Shown here one piece after another: positions 9,724 through 18,193 of a stretch of DNA of 41,994 nt. How positions within the stretch are numbered: position 1 is the stretch's first letter; every line of letters begins with the position of its first letter. Both the position numbers and the translations under genes were made by a program. Source of the stretch: Clostridiales bacterium (GTDB taxonomy: Bacteria; Bacillota; Clostridia; Oscillospirales; QAMX01); NCBI GenBank assembly GCA_012514045.1, contig JAAZBA010000172.1:1-41994 (forward strand), written 5' to 3'. The notes under the pieces are model-generated. The model saw only the letters and a program-made list of their open reading frames with translations. It was not told the origin of the DNA and did not search any database.

Positions 9724-9774
9724 CCGACAACTTGTCGGTAGATAAATTATATCACGTTTTTTCTCTTTTGTAAA
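9724..9774 (-). promoter_or_regulatory. TetR gene promoter (minus strand: TTTACA = complement of 9769-9774, 17-nt spacer, TATAAT = complement of 9746-9751) with operator CCGACA-ACT-TGTCGG at 9724-9738
   Basis: Hexamers and palindrome read directly. The operator sits just downstream of the -10 box, consistent with autorepression. Confidence 0.6.
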
Positions 9775-9885
9775 CCTCAATTTATCAGGCAAAATATACA
9801 ATTTTTATGTTTTACGAAGCGTCATATTATAGAGCTGTCAGCACAAAATGGACTGAAGCATCACAATCGGGATTATGTCCCGTAA

Positions 9886-11115
9886 CTACACTCTCTTCTC
9901 CCTGTTCTGCGCAAAAATCATCAATGTCAGCGCTATGGGAAACACGATTCCCGCCAGGATGCCGAGCTTCAGAGACAGCGCCTCAATAGTCATGCCGTTG
10001 TTCGAGGCGTAGCTTACGGCGGAGGGGGCTTTGACAGTCAGGTCCGATATAATGCCCGTGACCCAGGGGCCAAGGGAGCAACCTATATCGCCGAACAGCG
10101 CCAGAATCGCGAACATGGTGACGCCGCCCCCCGGTATGCGCTCGGAGGTGACGCTCAGGGTGCCCGGCCACATAAGGCTTACGGAAAAACCGCTTAAGGC
10201 GCAGCCTAAAAGCGAAATAAGCGGGTTCGGAGCGAAAACCGCTGTCAGATAGCACACAATACAGAACAGACCGGAGATAACCAGCATCCTGTTCATGTTG
10301 AGCCGTTTTCCGAAGAGCGCGTATATCATCCTCCCCGTACCCATGGTGACGGCAAACATGCCGGGACCAAGGAGATCTCCCATGACCTTGCCCACTCCGA
10401 GACCTTGCTCGGCGAACATGGACGCCCACTGGCTCATTACAAGCTCGCTGGCGCCGCTGCAAAGCATGACAATCGCCGCCAGGGCGAAGCCTTTTTTCCT
10501 GAAAAGTCCGGTTATGCCGGCGATGGGGGCTTCATCGTTGGAGGGAGGGATAGGGGCTTTGGCAAATAGAATACCGTTGACCGCGGGGAATATCGCCCAG
10601 AACAGGGGGATTAGATGCCAGCGCTCGCTTCCGGTAACCGTGAGCATTAGGGTGGTAACCGCCACAACTATAAGACTGCCCCAGCAGTAATAGGAATGCA
10701 TCATCGCCATTGTGCCGCTCTTGTGCTCGCTTGGTATGGAGTCCACAATGGGGGAGTAAAGCACCTCGGCAAGTCCTCCGCCGATGGCGTAAGTGATCGT
10801 GGCGATGATTATGCCCATATAGGGATCGATAATAACGGGCAGCAGGCTCATAAGCACCATACCTACCACGGTAAATCCCTGAGCCACAAGCACGGCGGTG
10901 CGCTTCTTTATGTGATGTATAAACCTCGCCGCAAGCAGGTCAATTATCAGCTGAGTGACAAAGTTAAAGAGCACGATCCTCCCTATCTGCTCATAGGTAA
11001 AGCCGTATCGGGAGGAGAACACGATAAAAAGCGTAGGCGCAAGGTTTATAATAAAAGCCTGTATCATTGCGCCGAAGGAGCAGCAAAAGAGCGTTCGTTT
11101 GTATTTATCAGACAT
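9886..11115 (-). CDS. MFS transporter
   Basis: 409 aa with about 12 hydrophobic segments. GGAAGG RBS upstream of ATG 11115. Confidence 0.75.
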   Translation of the reverse strand: MSDKYKRTLFCCSFGAMIQAFIINLAPTLFIVFSSRYGFTYEQIGRIVLFNFVTQLIIDLLAARFIHHIKKRTAVLVAQGFTVVGMVLMSLLPVIIDPYMGIIIATITYAIGGGLAEVLYSPIVDSIPSEHKSGTMAMMHSYYCWGSLIVVAVTTLMLTVTGSERWHLIPLFWAIFPAVNGILFAKAPIPPSNDEAPIAGITGLFRKKGFALAAIVMLCSGASELVMSQWASMFAEQGLGVGKVMGDLLGPGMFAVTMGTGRMIYALFGKRLNMNRMLVISGLFCIVCYLTAVFAPNPLISLLGCALSGFSVSLMWPGTLSVTSERIPGGGVTMFAILALFGDIGCSLGPWVTGIISDLTVKAPSAVSYASNNGMTIEALSLKLGILAGIVFPIALTLMIFAQNREKRV

Positions 11116-12542
11116 TTTAAATTACCTTCCGGTTTATTGTTGCCTGGACACTTCATCACGGGTGATGTTTTTGCACCAGGTTCGTTTCCTGTAATGGATA
11201 ATGTTCGCGGGCATTTTACAAATTCGTCGAGGCAGAGGATGAAGTAAACCCACATTTCCGGGAGCTTCAGCACGAAGGCGCAGATAAGCCCCACCGGCAC
11301 GGCGTAAACCCACATAGCGACAAGGTCGCAGACAAGACCGAAGCGCACGTCTCCTCCCGCCCGAAACACGCCGCATATGACCATGGTATTGACGGAGGCT
11401 CCGATGACATAATAGGAGTTTATGAAGAGCATGGTACTCAGGTGTGAGCGTACAGTGTCCGTTACGGTGACATAGAGGTGCATGAACTGGAGGATAAACG
11501 GACGCAAAAGAAGAATCAGTCCGCCGCCCACAAGGGCTGTCCACAGGGAAAGCCTCACGAACCGGGCTCCATAGACCATTGCCTCTTTGAGCCTATTGTC
11601 CCCCATAGCCTTGCCTATTACTATGGCGGCAGCGGAGGAAACTCCGAAGCAGACCACCATGCTCAGGTTGCGGACAACTGTCGCGACGGAGTTCGCGGCC
11701 ACAATGTCCGAGGACAAGTGGCCGAAGATTATGGAATAAACGCTGTATGCGAGTCCCCAAACGATATCGTTGGCGGCGGAGGGGACACTGTAACTGATAT
11801 AATCTTTCATCAGAATTCCTGCTCTGGAAACAATGTCCTTGAAGCGAAGCCGTATAACAGGATTGAGTCTGCTGTCGATAAGGCAGACGATAACCTCCAC
11901 AGCCCTCGTTATGGAGGTGGCAAGCGCCACGCCTGTTATGCCAAGCTCCGGGAAGGGTCCGAAGCCGAAGATGAAGCAGGCGTTCAGCACCACATTCATT
12001 ACGACCGCGCCGCAGTGGATCGCCGCGCTGATCTTCACCCGCTCAACGGTACGCATGATGCACAGGTAAATAGTGGCGAAGCCGCCAAAAACGTACGCCG
12101 GGCTGAGTGCCCTCAGGTAGCTTATTCCGTCCCTTATAAGCTCCTCGTTGTCCGTAAAGATCCTCATCACAGCCCGGGGGAAAAACGCGGCTGCGATGGA
12201 GAACAGGAGACTTATCACAACGCTGAAGCGGACGGCGAGTCCCATGACACGCTCAACGGTGCGGATATCCTTTTTCCCCCAGTACTGCGCCGCCAGCACC
12301 GTGGCTCCCGAGGACATGCCAAAGAGGAGCATTTGAAGCACAAACATAAACTGTCCCGCAAGGGATGAAGCCGCCATGGCGGTCTGTCCCACAAAGGACA
12401 GCATGAGAACGTCAGCCGATCCCACCGCCGCGTCCATAAAGTTCTGCACGGCGATGGGCAGCGTAATCTTCATCGTCCTTTTATAAAAGGCTATCTTTTC
12501 TTCCCGTGACCCCAGAGCTGGGGCCGCTATCACGTCTGCCAT
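11064..12542 (-). CDS. MATE family efflux transporter; the 3' end is possibly frameshifted (see findings)
   Basis: About 12 TM and a typical MATE N-terminus KITLPIAVQNFMDAAVGSADVLMLSFVGQ. The last roughly 50 codons of the annotated frame are non-hydrophobic, overlap the next gene by 52 nt and look out of frame. Confidence 0.8.
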   Translation of the reverse strand: MADVIAAPALGSREEKIAFYKRTMKITLPIAVQNFMDAAVGSADVLMLSFVGQTAMAASSLAGQFMFVLQMLLFGMSSGATVLAAQYWGKKDIRTVERVMGLAVRFSVVISLLFSIAAAFFPRAVMRIFTDNEELIRDGISYLRALSPAYVFGGFATIYLCIMRTVERVKISAAIHCGAVVMNVVLNACFIFGFGPFPELGITGVALATSITRAVEVIVCLIDSRLNPVIRLRFKDIVSRAGILMKDYISYSVPSAANDIVWGLAYSVYSIIFGHLSSDIVAANSVATVVRNLSMVVCFGVSSAAAIVIGKAMGDNRLKEAMVYGARFVRLSLWTALVGGGLILLLRPFILQFMHLYVTVTDTVRSHLSTMLFINSYYVIGASVNTMVICGVFRAGGDVRFGLVCDLVAMWVYAVPVGLICAFVLKLPEMWVYFILCLDEFVKCPRTLSITGNEPGAKTSPVMKCPGNNKPEGNLKCLINTNERSFAAPSAQ

Positions 12543-12656
12543 TTTTTCTTACCTTTGTTTTATTGATCTGGCCTTCTGTGCGGCAGGGGATTTTCCCCAT
12601 ATACATCACTAATCCCCGCCTCAAAACACAGAGACGAGGACAAATGATAAAATAAA

Positions 12657-12733
12657 TGGTCGAGGTGACAGGACTCGAACCTGCGGCATTCTGGTCCCAA
12701 ACCAGACACTCTACCAAACTGAGCTACACCTCG
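12657..12733 (-). tRNA. tRNA-Pro (anticodon UGG)
   Basis: Reverse strand reads CGAGGTG-TA-GCTC...GAGT-G-TCTGG-TTTGGGA-CCAGA-...-GCAGG-TTCGAGT-CCTGT-CACCTCG-A-CCA. This gives a 7-bp acceptor stem, a TTCGAGT T-loop, anticodon loop TTTGGGA (anticodon TGG) and an encoded CCA. Confidence 0.9.
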
Positions 12734-12784
12734 ATATTGAAAATATATAAACCCGGGAAACCGGGCTTAAACCGTTACCGCAAT

Positions 12785-12834
12785 ATTATATCACATCTTT
12801 TTTGTCTTGACAAGTCTTTTTTTCATGTTATAAT
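12785..12834. promoter_or_regulatory. back-to-back promoters with overlapping -35 boxes. Plus strand: TTGACA 12807-12812, 16-nt spacer, TGtTATAAT (-10 at 12829-12834). Minus strand: TTGTCA (complement of 12808-12813), 17-nt spacer, TGaTATAAT (-10 = complement of 12785-12790)
   Basis: Read directly. The plus promoter faces the dehydrogenase/glyQS genes and the minus promoter faces tRNA-Pro. The -35 hexamers share the palindrome CTTGACAAG. Confidence 0.55.
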
Positions 12835-12887
12835 ATAGCGTACGCGTTATAATGTGGCTAATAATATAATGACGGGAGTGCGCATGT

Positions 12888-13898
12888 ATGAACAGGTGTT
12901 TAGTGCTTGACAAAACGCTTAAATTTACACTCGAACTGCGTGATATTCCGCTTCCCCGGGAAGATCAGGTGGTTGTGAAAATCGCCGCCAACGGCATATG
13001 CGGCTCCGACGCTCATTTTTACCGCACGGGACGGCTGGGAAACTTCGTGGTTGGCGAGCCCTATATCCCCGGACACGAAGCCTCCGGAGTGGTTACCGCC
13101 TTGGGCGCCAAGGTTTCCGGGGTATCAGAGGGTGACCGTGTCATTATAGAACCGGGTATCCCCTGCGGAAAGTGCGCCCTTTGCAAATTGGGACGCTATA
13201 ACCAGTGCAAAAACGTATACTTCCTCTCCTGCCCTCCCCTTGACGGCACGCTTTGCGACTATGTGGCGATCGACACCGCTTTCGTATATAAAATGCCCGA
13301 CAGTCTCTCCTTTGAGGACGGCGCTCTCGCCGAGCCCACGGCGGTGGCGGTGCACGCGATAAACCGCGCCCGTTTCAAGCCCGGAGATACGGGAGTTATC
13401 CTCGGATCCGGACCTATAGGACTTCTCACCCTTCAGGTGTTTAAGGCCTGCGGCGGAGGAAAAGTTCTCTGCGCCGACATCTCTGACGACCGTCTGGCTC
13501 TCGCGAAGGAATTGGGAGCCGACATGGTATTGAATCCCCTGAAAACACCGTATTCGGAGATATACGACATGGCGAATGTGGTATTTGAGACAGCCGGCAA
13601 CGTCATCACCACAAAAGAGGCTTTCCACATCTGCGCCACGGCGGGCTGCTGCGTGCAGATTGGCTGGCCAAACGAAAACATCGTGCCCATGGACATTCCG
13701 GCGTTTATCGAGAAAGAAATCGACTATGTGGGACTAAACCGATATGCCAACGCGTTCCCCGCCGCCATTGAGTTCCTCGCCTCGGGACGCATCGACTGCG
13801 CAAAGATGATAACCCACCGTTTCTCCCTTGAGGAAACTACCGAAGCCTTCGAAACAGCCTCCTCACCCGACGCGGTGAAGGTCATGATTATAAATTAG
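12888..13898 (+). CDS. Zn-dependent sorbitol/L-iditol 2-dehydrogenase-like polyol dehydrogenase (MDR family)
   Basis: [17 protein letters not shown], structural-Zn cysteine cluster [15 protein letters not shown], Rossmann motif ILGSGPIGL. Confidence 0.85.
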   Translation: MNRCLVLDKTLKFTLELRDIPLPREDQVVVKIAANGICGSDAHFYRTGRLGNFVVGEPYIPGHEASGVVTALGAKVSGVSEGDRVIIEPGIPCGKCALCKLGRYNQCKNVYFLSCPPLDGTLCDYVAIDTAFVYKMPDSLSFEDGALAEPTAVAVHAINRARFKPGDTGVILGSGPIGLLTLQVFKACGGGKVLCADISDDRLALAKELGADMVLNPLKTPYSEIYDMANVVFETAGNVITTKEAFHICATAGCCVQIGWPNENIVPMDIPAFIEKEIDYVGLNRYANAFPAAIEFLASGRIDCAKMITHRFSLEETTEAFETASSPDAVKVMIIN

Positions 13899-13932
13899 TT
13901 TAAATACACATTTACATAAGGATGGTCACAAC

Positions 13933-15333
13933 ATGCTAAACACCGAAAAGACAATGGACAAGATCGTGGCTCTCTGTAAGGGCAGAGGCTTTATCTATGC
14001 CGGCAGCGAAATCTACGGCGGACTTGCCAACTCCTGGGACTACGGCCCCTTGGGCGTTGAGCTAAAAAACAATATCAAGTGCGCCTGGTGGAAAAAATTC
14101 GTCCAGGAGAACCCCTACAACGTGGGTATCGACGCGGCGATCCTCATGAATCCCCAGGTTTGGGAAGCCTCCGGCCACGTCACGACATTCAACGATCCCC
14201 TTATCGACTGCAAATCCTGCAAAATGCGCCACCGTGTCGACAAGCTCATTGAGGACTGGTGCAAGGAGCGAAACGACACTGAGACAAATATTGAAGCCAT
14301 GACAAACGATGACATGATGGCGTTCATCCGCGAAAAGGGCGTCACCTGCACAGGCTGCGGCAAGTTGGATTTTACCGATATCCGCAAGTTCAACCTCATG
14401 TTCAAGACCTATCAGGGCGTAACCGAGGACAACACAACAGAGATTTATCTCCGCCCCGAGACAGCCCAGGGCATATTCGTAAACTTCAAAAACATCCAGC
14501 GCACCACCCGCCGCAAGATCCCCTTCGGCGTGTGCCAGATAGGCAAGAGCTTCCGCAACGAGATCACCCCCGGTAATTTTATATTCCGTATCCGTGAGTT
14601 CGAGCAGATGGAGCTTGAGTTCTTCTGCAAGCCCGGCACAGACCTTGAGTGGTTCGCCTACTGGCGCCAATTCTGCAACGACTGGCTCGTGGAGCTGGGC
14701 ATTTCCCAGGAGAACCTCCGTCTCCGCGACCATGGGCCTGAGGAGCTTTCTTTCTACTCCAAAGCCACAACGGACTTTGAGTTCCTGTACCCCTTCGGAT
14801 GGGGCGAGCTCTGGGGCGTGGCGGACCGTACCGACTACGACCTTACCCAGCATATCAACTCCTCCGGAGAGGATCTTTCTTACTTCGATCCCGAGACAAA
14901 CGAGAGATACGTGCCTTACGTTGTGGAGCCCTCCCTCGGCGCCGACAGAGTCACGCTGGCGTTCATGGTTGAGGCCTATGACGAGGAGATCATGGACGCG
15001 GAAAAGAACGACACAAGAGTTGTTATGCGTTTCCATCCCGCCCTCGCTCCCATCAAGTGCGCCGTTCTGCCCCTTTCAAAGAAGCTGGGTGACAAGGCAA
15101 ACGAAGTGTACACGATGCTGTCCAAGTATTTCATGACAGATTACGACGAGTCCGGTTCCATAGGCAGGCGCTACCGCCGCCAGGACGAAATCGGCACCCC
15201 TTATTGCGTAACCATCGACTTCGACACCCTTGAAGACAACGCCGTAACCGTCAGAGACAGAGACACCATGGAGCAGGTAAGAATCCCCATAGATGAGCTC
15301 AGAAGCTATATAGAAAAGAAAATCGAGTATTAA
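13933..15333 (+). CDS. glyQS: glycine--tRNA ligase, alpha2 (GlyQS) type
   Basis: [24 protein letters not shown], class II motif [22 protein letters not shown]-terminal anticodon-binding domain. 466 aa. Confidence 0.95.
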   Translation: MLNTEKTMDKIVALCKGRGFIYAGSEIYGGLANSWDYGPLGVELKNNIKCAWWKKFVQENPYNVGIDAAILMNPQVWEASGHVTTFNDPLIDCKSCKMRHRVDKLIEDWCKERNDTETNIEAMTNDDMMAFIREKGVTCTGCGKLDFTDIRKFNLMFKTYQGVTEDNTTEIYLRPETAQGIFVNFKNIQRTTRRKIPFGVCQIGKSFRNEITPGNFIFRIREFEQMELEFFCKPGTDLEWFAYWRQFCNDWLVELGISQENLRLRDHGPEELSFYSKATTDFEFLYPFGWGELWGVADRTDYDLTQHINSSGEDLSYFDPETNERYVPYVVEPSLGADRVTLAFMVEAYDEEIMDAEKNDTRVVMRFHPALAPIKCAVLPLSKKLGDKANEVYTMLSKYFMTDYDESGSIGRRYRRQDEIGTPYCVTIDFDTLEDNAVTVRDRDTMEQVRIPIDELRSYIEKKIEY

Positions 15334-15339
15334 GAATAC

Positions 15340-15384
15340 AAAAGACCTTCCGGTGAGCAGTTTTTCACTGGAAGGTCTTTTTTC
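15340..15384 (+). terminator. rho-independent terminator of glyQS
   Basis: 17-bp stem AAAAGACCTTCCGGTGA / TCACTGGAAGGTCTTTT (one G-U pair) followed by a T-run, 7 nt after the stop codon. Confidence 0.8.
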
Positions 15385-15389
15385 GTATA

Positions 15390-15625
15390 ATCCCCCAATA
15401 TACTGCAGAGCAGGTCTAAGAAGACTGCGGTGCCGGTAAATGCATCCTCCCCCCTTTAGTCAAGGGGGGAAGGAACGAACTATTGTTTTCAGTGGTTAAA
15501 AGAATTGCAGAAAAGATAAATATCCTATCCCCCTAGCCTACGCACTGCAAGCAGTGCTGGGGGGAAACTCGACGCATGTATGCGTCACGCATGTATGCGT
15601 CAAGCGCATTGCGCCGGAGGAGGAT
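15390..15625 (+). repeat. modular palindromic intergenic repeat, copy R1 (long form; modules A-B-H-D-C-C-G)
   Basis: Shares long near-identical stretches with 27471-27664 (inverted) and modules with 21202-21409, 34276-34520, 36675-36897 and 41865-41994. Termini are ATCCCCC...GGAGGAT. Confidence 0.85.
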
Positions 15626-15654
15626 CAATCGCTTCTCCAATATAATAATTTTGT

Positions 15655-16527
15655 TTATTTAATGTCAAAAATCGGGTTTTGCTTTGTTTCCTCACTTGAC
15701 GCGGCTGTTTTCAGATATTCCAGCTCTTCTTTTGTCAGAGGAGCTTCCAAAATAGCGTCAATATGCTTTACCAGATGTTCGAAATGCTGGAAATTTCCGG
15801 GAGGAACCGTAGTAGCCGCTCCCTTGCCGAACGCGTATTTGATCGCCGCCGCCGCAAGCTTATCGTCTCCGAATATAGGTTTGCACCATGACTTCGGATA
15901 AAGTTTTTTTTCGTCCCCATCAATCCACTTGCGCTCCACAAGCGTTTTCATCGCAAGCAAACCCATGCCTTTTTCCTTAACTTTATCGGCAATGCGGTCT
16001 CCCCAGCCTATATTCAATCCCATAGCCCAGTTCATGGGGAAAAGCACCGTGGCAAAGTCAAACATATCCATGATCTGCAATGCTATGTCCTCGTTATGGG
16101 TGGAAAATCCTATTTCTCTTATAAGCCCTTCGCGTTTTGCCCAAATTAGCGTTTCGATAATTCCATCGGAGGAAAAAGCCTTGTCCACATCCTCCTGCGT
16201 CGTCATGGAGTGCATCTGATACACATCAAAATGATCCGTCTGCAGCTCTTTGAGAGAACTTAGGAGCTCTTTTTTTGACCCTTCCTTGTCACGCTCGGTT
16301 GTTTTGCACGCCAGATAGATCTGATTTCTGTAAGGATGTATCGCCGGTCCCAGTCTTTCCTGGGCGTTGCCGTACGTGGGGGCGACATCAAAATAATTCA
16401 CGCCGTTTTCAATAGCGTACGAAACATATTCAGAGGCATTTTCGGCGCTTACATTCGATACAATAATGCCGCCGAACATTACGCAGCTTACATTATACCC
16501 GGTTTTTCCTAAAATTTTATACTTCAT
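15655..16527 (-). CDS. aldo/keto reductase
   Basis: AKR-type N-terminus with YFDVAPTYGNAQERLG (catalytic Asp/Tyr region). About 290 aa, consistent with a TIM-barrel. Confidence 0.8.
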   Translation of the reverse strand: MKYKILGKTGYNVSCVMFGGIIVSNVSAENASEYVSYAIENGVNYFDVAPTYGNAQERLGPAIHPYRNQIYLACKTTERDKEGSKKELLSSLKELQTDHFDVYQMHSMTTQEDVDKAFSSDGIIETLIWAKREGLIREIGFSTHNEDIALQIMDMFDFATVLFPMNWAMGLNIGWGDRIADKVKEKGMGLLAMKTLVERKWIDGDEKKLYPKSWCKPIFGDDKLAAAAIKYAFGKGAATTVPPGNFQHFEHLVKHIDAILEAPLTKEELEYLKTAASSEETKQNPIFDIK

Positions 16528-16621
16528 TATTTATTACCGCTTTCATTTTAAGACGACTAAAATATTTATACTCTCTTTTTTACGTGTTCACAGATACTGC
16601 AAGAAAACCGCATGGTTTTAA

Positions 16622-17095
16622 TCACACGATCGCCAGATTTATGACCTCAATGCCCTTTTCCATCGCCTGCTTCACCGTATAGGCGGTGCCGCCCTTCATT
16701 TCCCTCATGTAGCAAAGGCAGTATGTGCTCAGCTCCACAAGACGGCGGTTCCGGGCGAACATACAGCCCTTTGTGTATGACTCCTGCACATAGGTGTGAC
16801 CGTCGGCGCGGCTCATTATGTCATCATATACCGCCCTGTCCTCTTCGCTCCAGCCTTTCGTCTGCTCCATGCAGGGAAGCACGAGAATAAGGCTTATTTC
16901 CGGATACTCTTTCCTTATTTCCAGCACCTCCAAAGCAGCTATGGTGTCAAAACCCAAAGCTCCGCCGGCGAGGAACACGTTCACGCCCTTGTCGATAAGC
17001 TTTATTATTGTTTCTCGGAGCCTTTGCCGGATACCATCTATCTCACATACGTCAAGATTTCTGTGGCCTGTAAAGCAGCAGCCGATTTTTGCCAT
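16622..17095 (-). CDS. SLOG family protein (DUF1273/YpsA-like)
   Basis: CCFTGHR near the N-terminus, GGALGFD, PC..Q..GW and GGTAYTV motifs in the order I recall for DUF1273 SLOG proteins. 157 aa. No search was run. Confidence 0.6.
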   Translation of the reverse strand: MAKIGCCFTGHRNLDVCEIDGIRQRLRETIIKLIDKGVNVFLAGGALGFDTIAALEVLEIRKEYPEISLILVLPCMEQTKGWSEEDRAVYDDIMSRADGHTYVQESYTKGCMFARNRRLVELSTYCLCYMREMKGGTAYTVKQAMEKGIEVINLAIV

Positions 17096-17099
17096 TGTA

Positions 17100-18122
17100 T
17101 CAGAACCTTATCATGACCTTCATTGCCTTGTCCTTCTGCTCCTCGATGAGCTTGTAGGCGTCGAGATAGTTGTCGAAATCCACATAATGGGTAACAAGGG
17201 TGTCAAGCTCGATAAGTCCCTCGCCCACGAGACGGATAGCCTCAATATAGTCCTCAACCCTGTACATGGCGCTGCCTATGAGGCTGAGTTCATGGTCCTG
17301 CACGAAGCCCATGTTTACCGGAGCAAGTTCCGCCACAACGCCGACGACGATGATAACGCTTCCCTTGCGGGCGATCTCAATAAGCTCGGCAATGACCGCT
17401 TTGCTGCCGATGCACTCGAAGATAACGTCAGCCGCGTCCGGTCCGAAAGCTTCAAAGATCGCGTCACGCAGGTTCTTTTCTTTGGGGTTGACGGTTTTTA
17501 TGCCGCATTTCTCCGCCGCCGCCAGTCTGTAGGCGCTCACCTCGGAGAGAAGCACATCGCCGCCCATGGCTTTGATTGTCTGGGCTACAAGGTTTCCGAT
17601 GGGACCGCCGCCTGTTACGACCGCTTTTTTCCCCTTGATACCGCCGTTTACGGCATAGCGGCGCGCCGCGTGTACCGCCACCGCAAGAGGCTCTATCATG
17701 GCGGCATGCTCAAGGCTCATGCCCTTGGGCAGCTTCAGAGCCTTGGCGGCTTCGGTTACAAAGTACTCGCTGGCCATGCCGGTGGTTTGGAAGCCCATTA
17801 CCTTCAGCACATCGCAGTCATTATACATGCCATGGGTGCAGGGGTAGCACTTTCCGCATACCACCTGGGGCTGGATAGTGACAAGATCTCCCACCTCAAA
17901 ACCCTCCACGCCCTCGCCAAGCTTATCAATAATCGCTGCCACCTCATGTCCCTGAACGACAGGGTAGGAGGTGTAGGGGTGTTTGCCGTGGTATACGTGT
18001 ATATCCGAGCCACATACGCCGATCATCGCCATCTTTACGCGGATCTGTCCCTTTCCCGGCTCCGGGATGGGAACGTTGACGTACTCAATTACGCCCGGCT
18101 GTGTCATTATTGCCTGTTTCAT
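17100..18122 (-). CDS. Zn-dependent alcohol/polyol dehydrogenase (MDR family)
   Basis: GVCGSDIHVYHG, QGHEVAA, CGKCYPCTHGMYNDC, GGGPIGNL. The track ORF extends to 18248, but ATG 18122 (MKQAIMTQPG...) has an AAAGGA RBS and the extension runs through repeat-derived sequence. Confidence 0.85.
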   Translation of the reverse strand: MKQAIMTQPGVIEYVNVPIPEPGKGQIRVKMAMIGVCGSDIHVYHGKHPYTSYPVVQGHEVAAIIDKLGEGVEGFEVGDLVTIQPQVVCGKCYPCTHGMYNDCDVLKVMGFQTTGMASEYFVTEAAKALKLPKGMSLEHAAMIEPLAVAVHAARRYAVNGGIKGKKAVVTGGGPIGNLVAQTIKAMGGDVLLSEVSAYRLAAAEKCGIKTVNPKEKNLRDAIFEAFGPDAADVIFECIGSKAVIAELIEIARKGSVIIVVGVVAELAPVNMGFVQDHELSLIGSAMYRVEDYIEAIRLVGEGLIELDTLVTHYVDFDNYLDAYKLIEEQKDKAMKVMIRF

Positions 18123-18155
18123 TGTTTTTTCCTTTCTGTGATGTGTATTGTGTCG

Positions 18156-18193
18156 CCTCATCAGTCTGATGACGCGGCGCGCCGGAGGGGGAT
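18156..18193. repeat. orphan fragment of the repeat family (F-like CCTCATCAGTCTGATGACGCGGC plus G-like GCGCCGGAGGGGGAT terminus)
   Basis: Matches GCCGCGTCATGAGGCTGATGAGG (R3, inverted) and the CCGGAGGGGGAT terminus of R2. The last base overlaps the stop codon of the epimerase gene. Confidence 0.55.
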
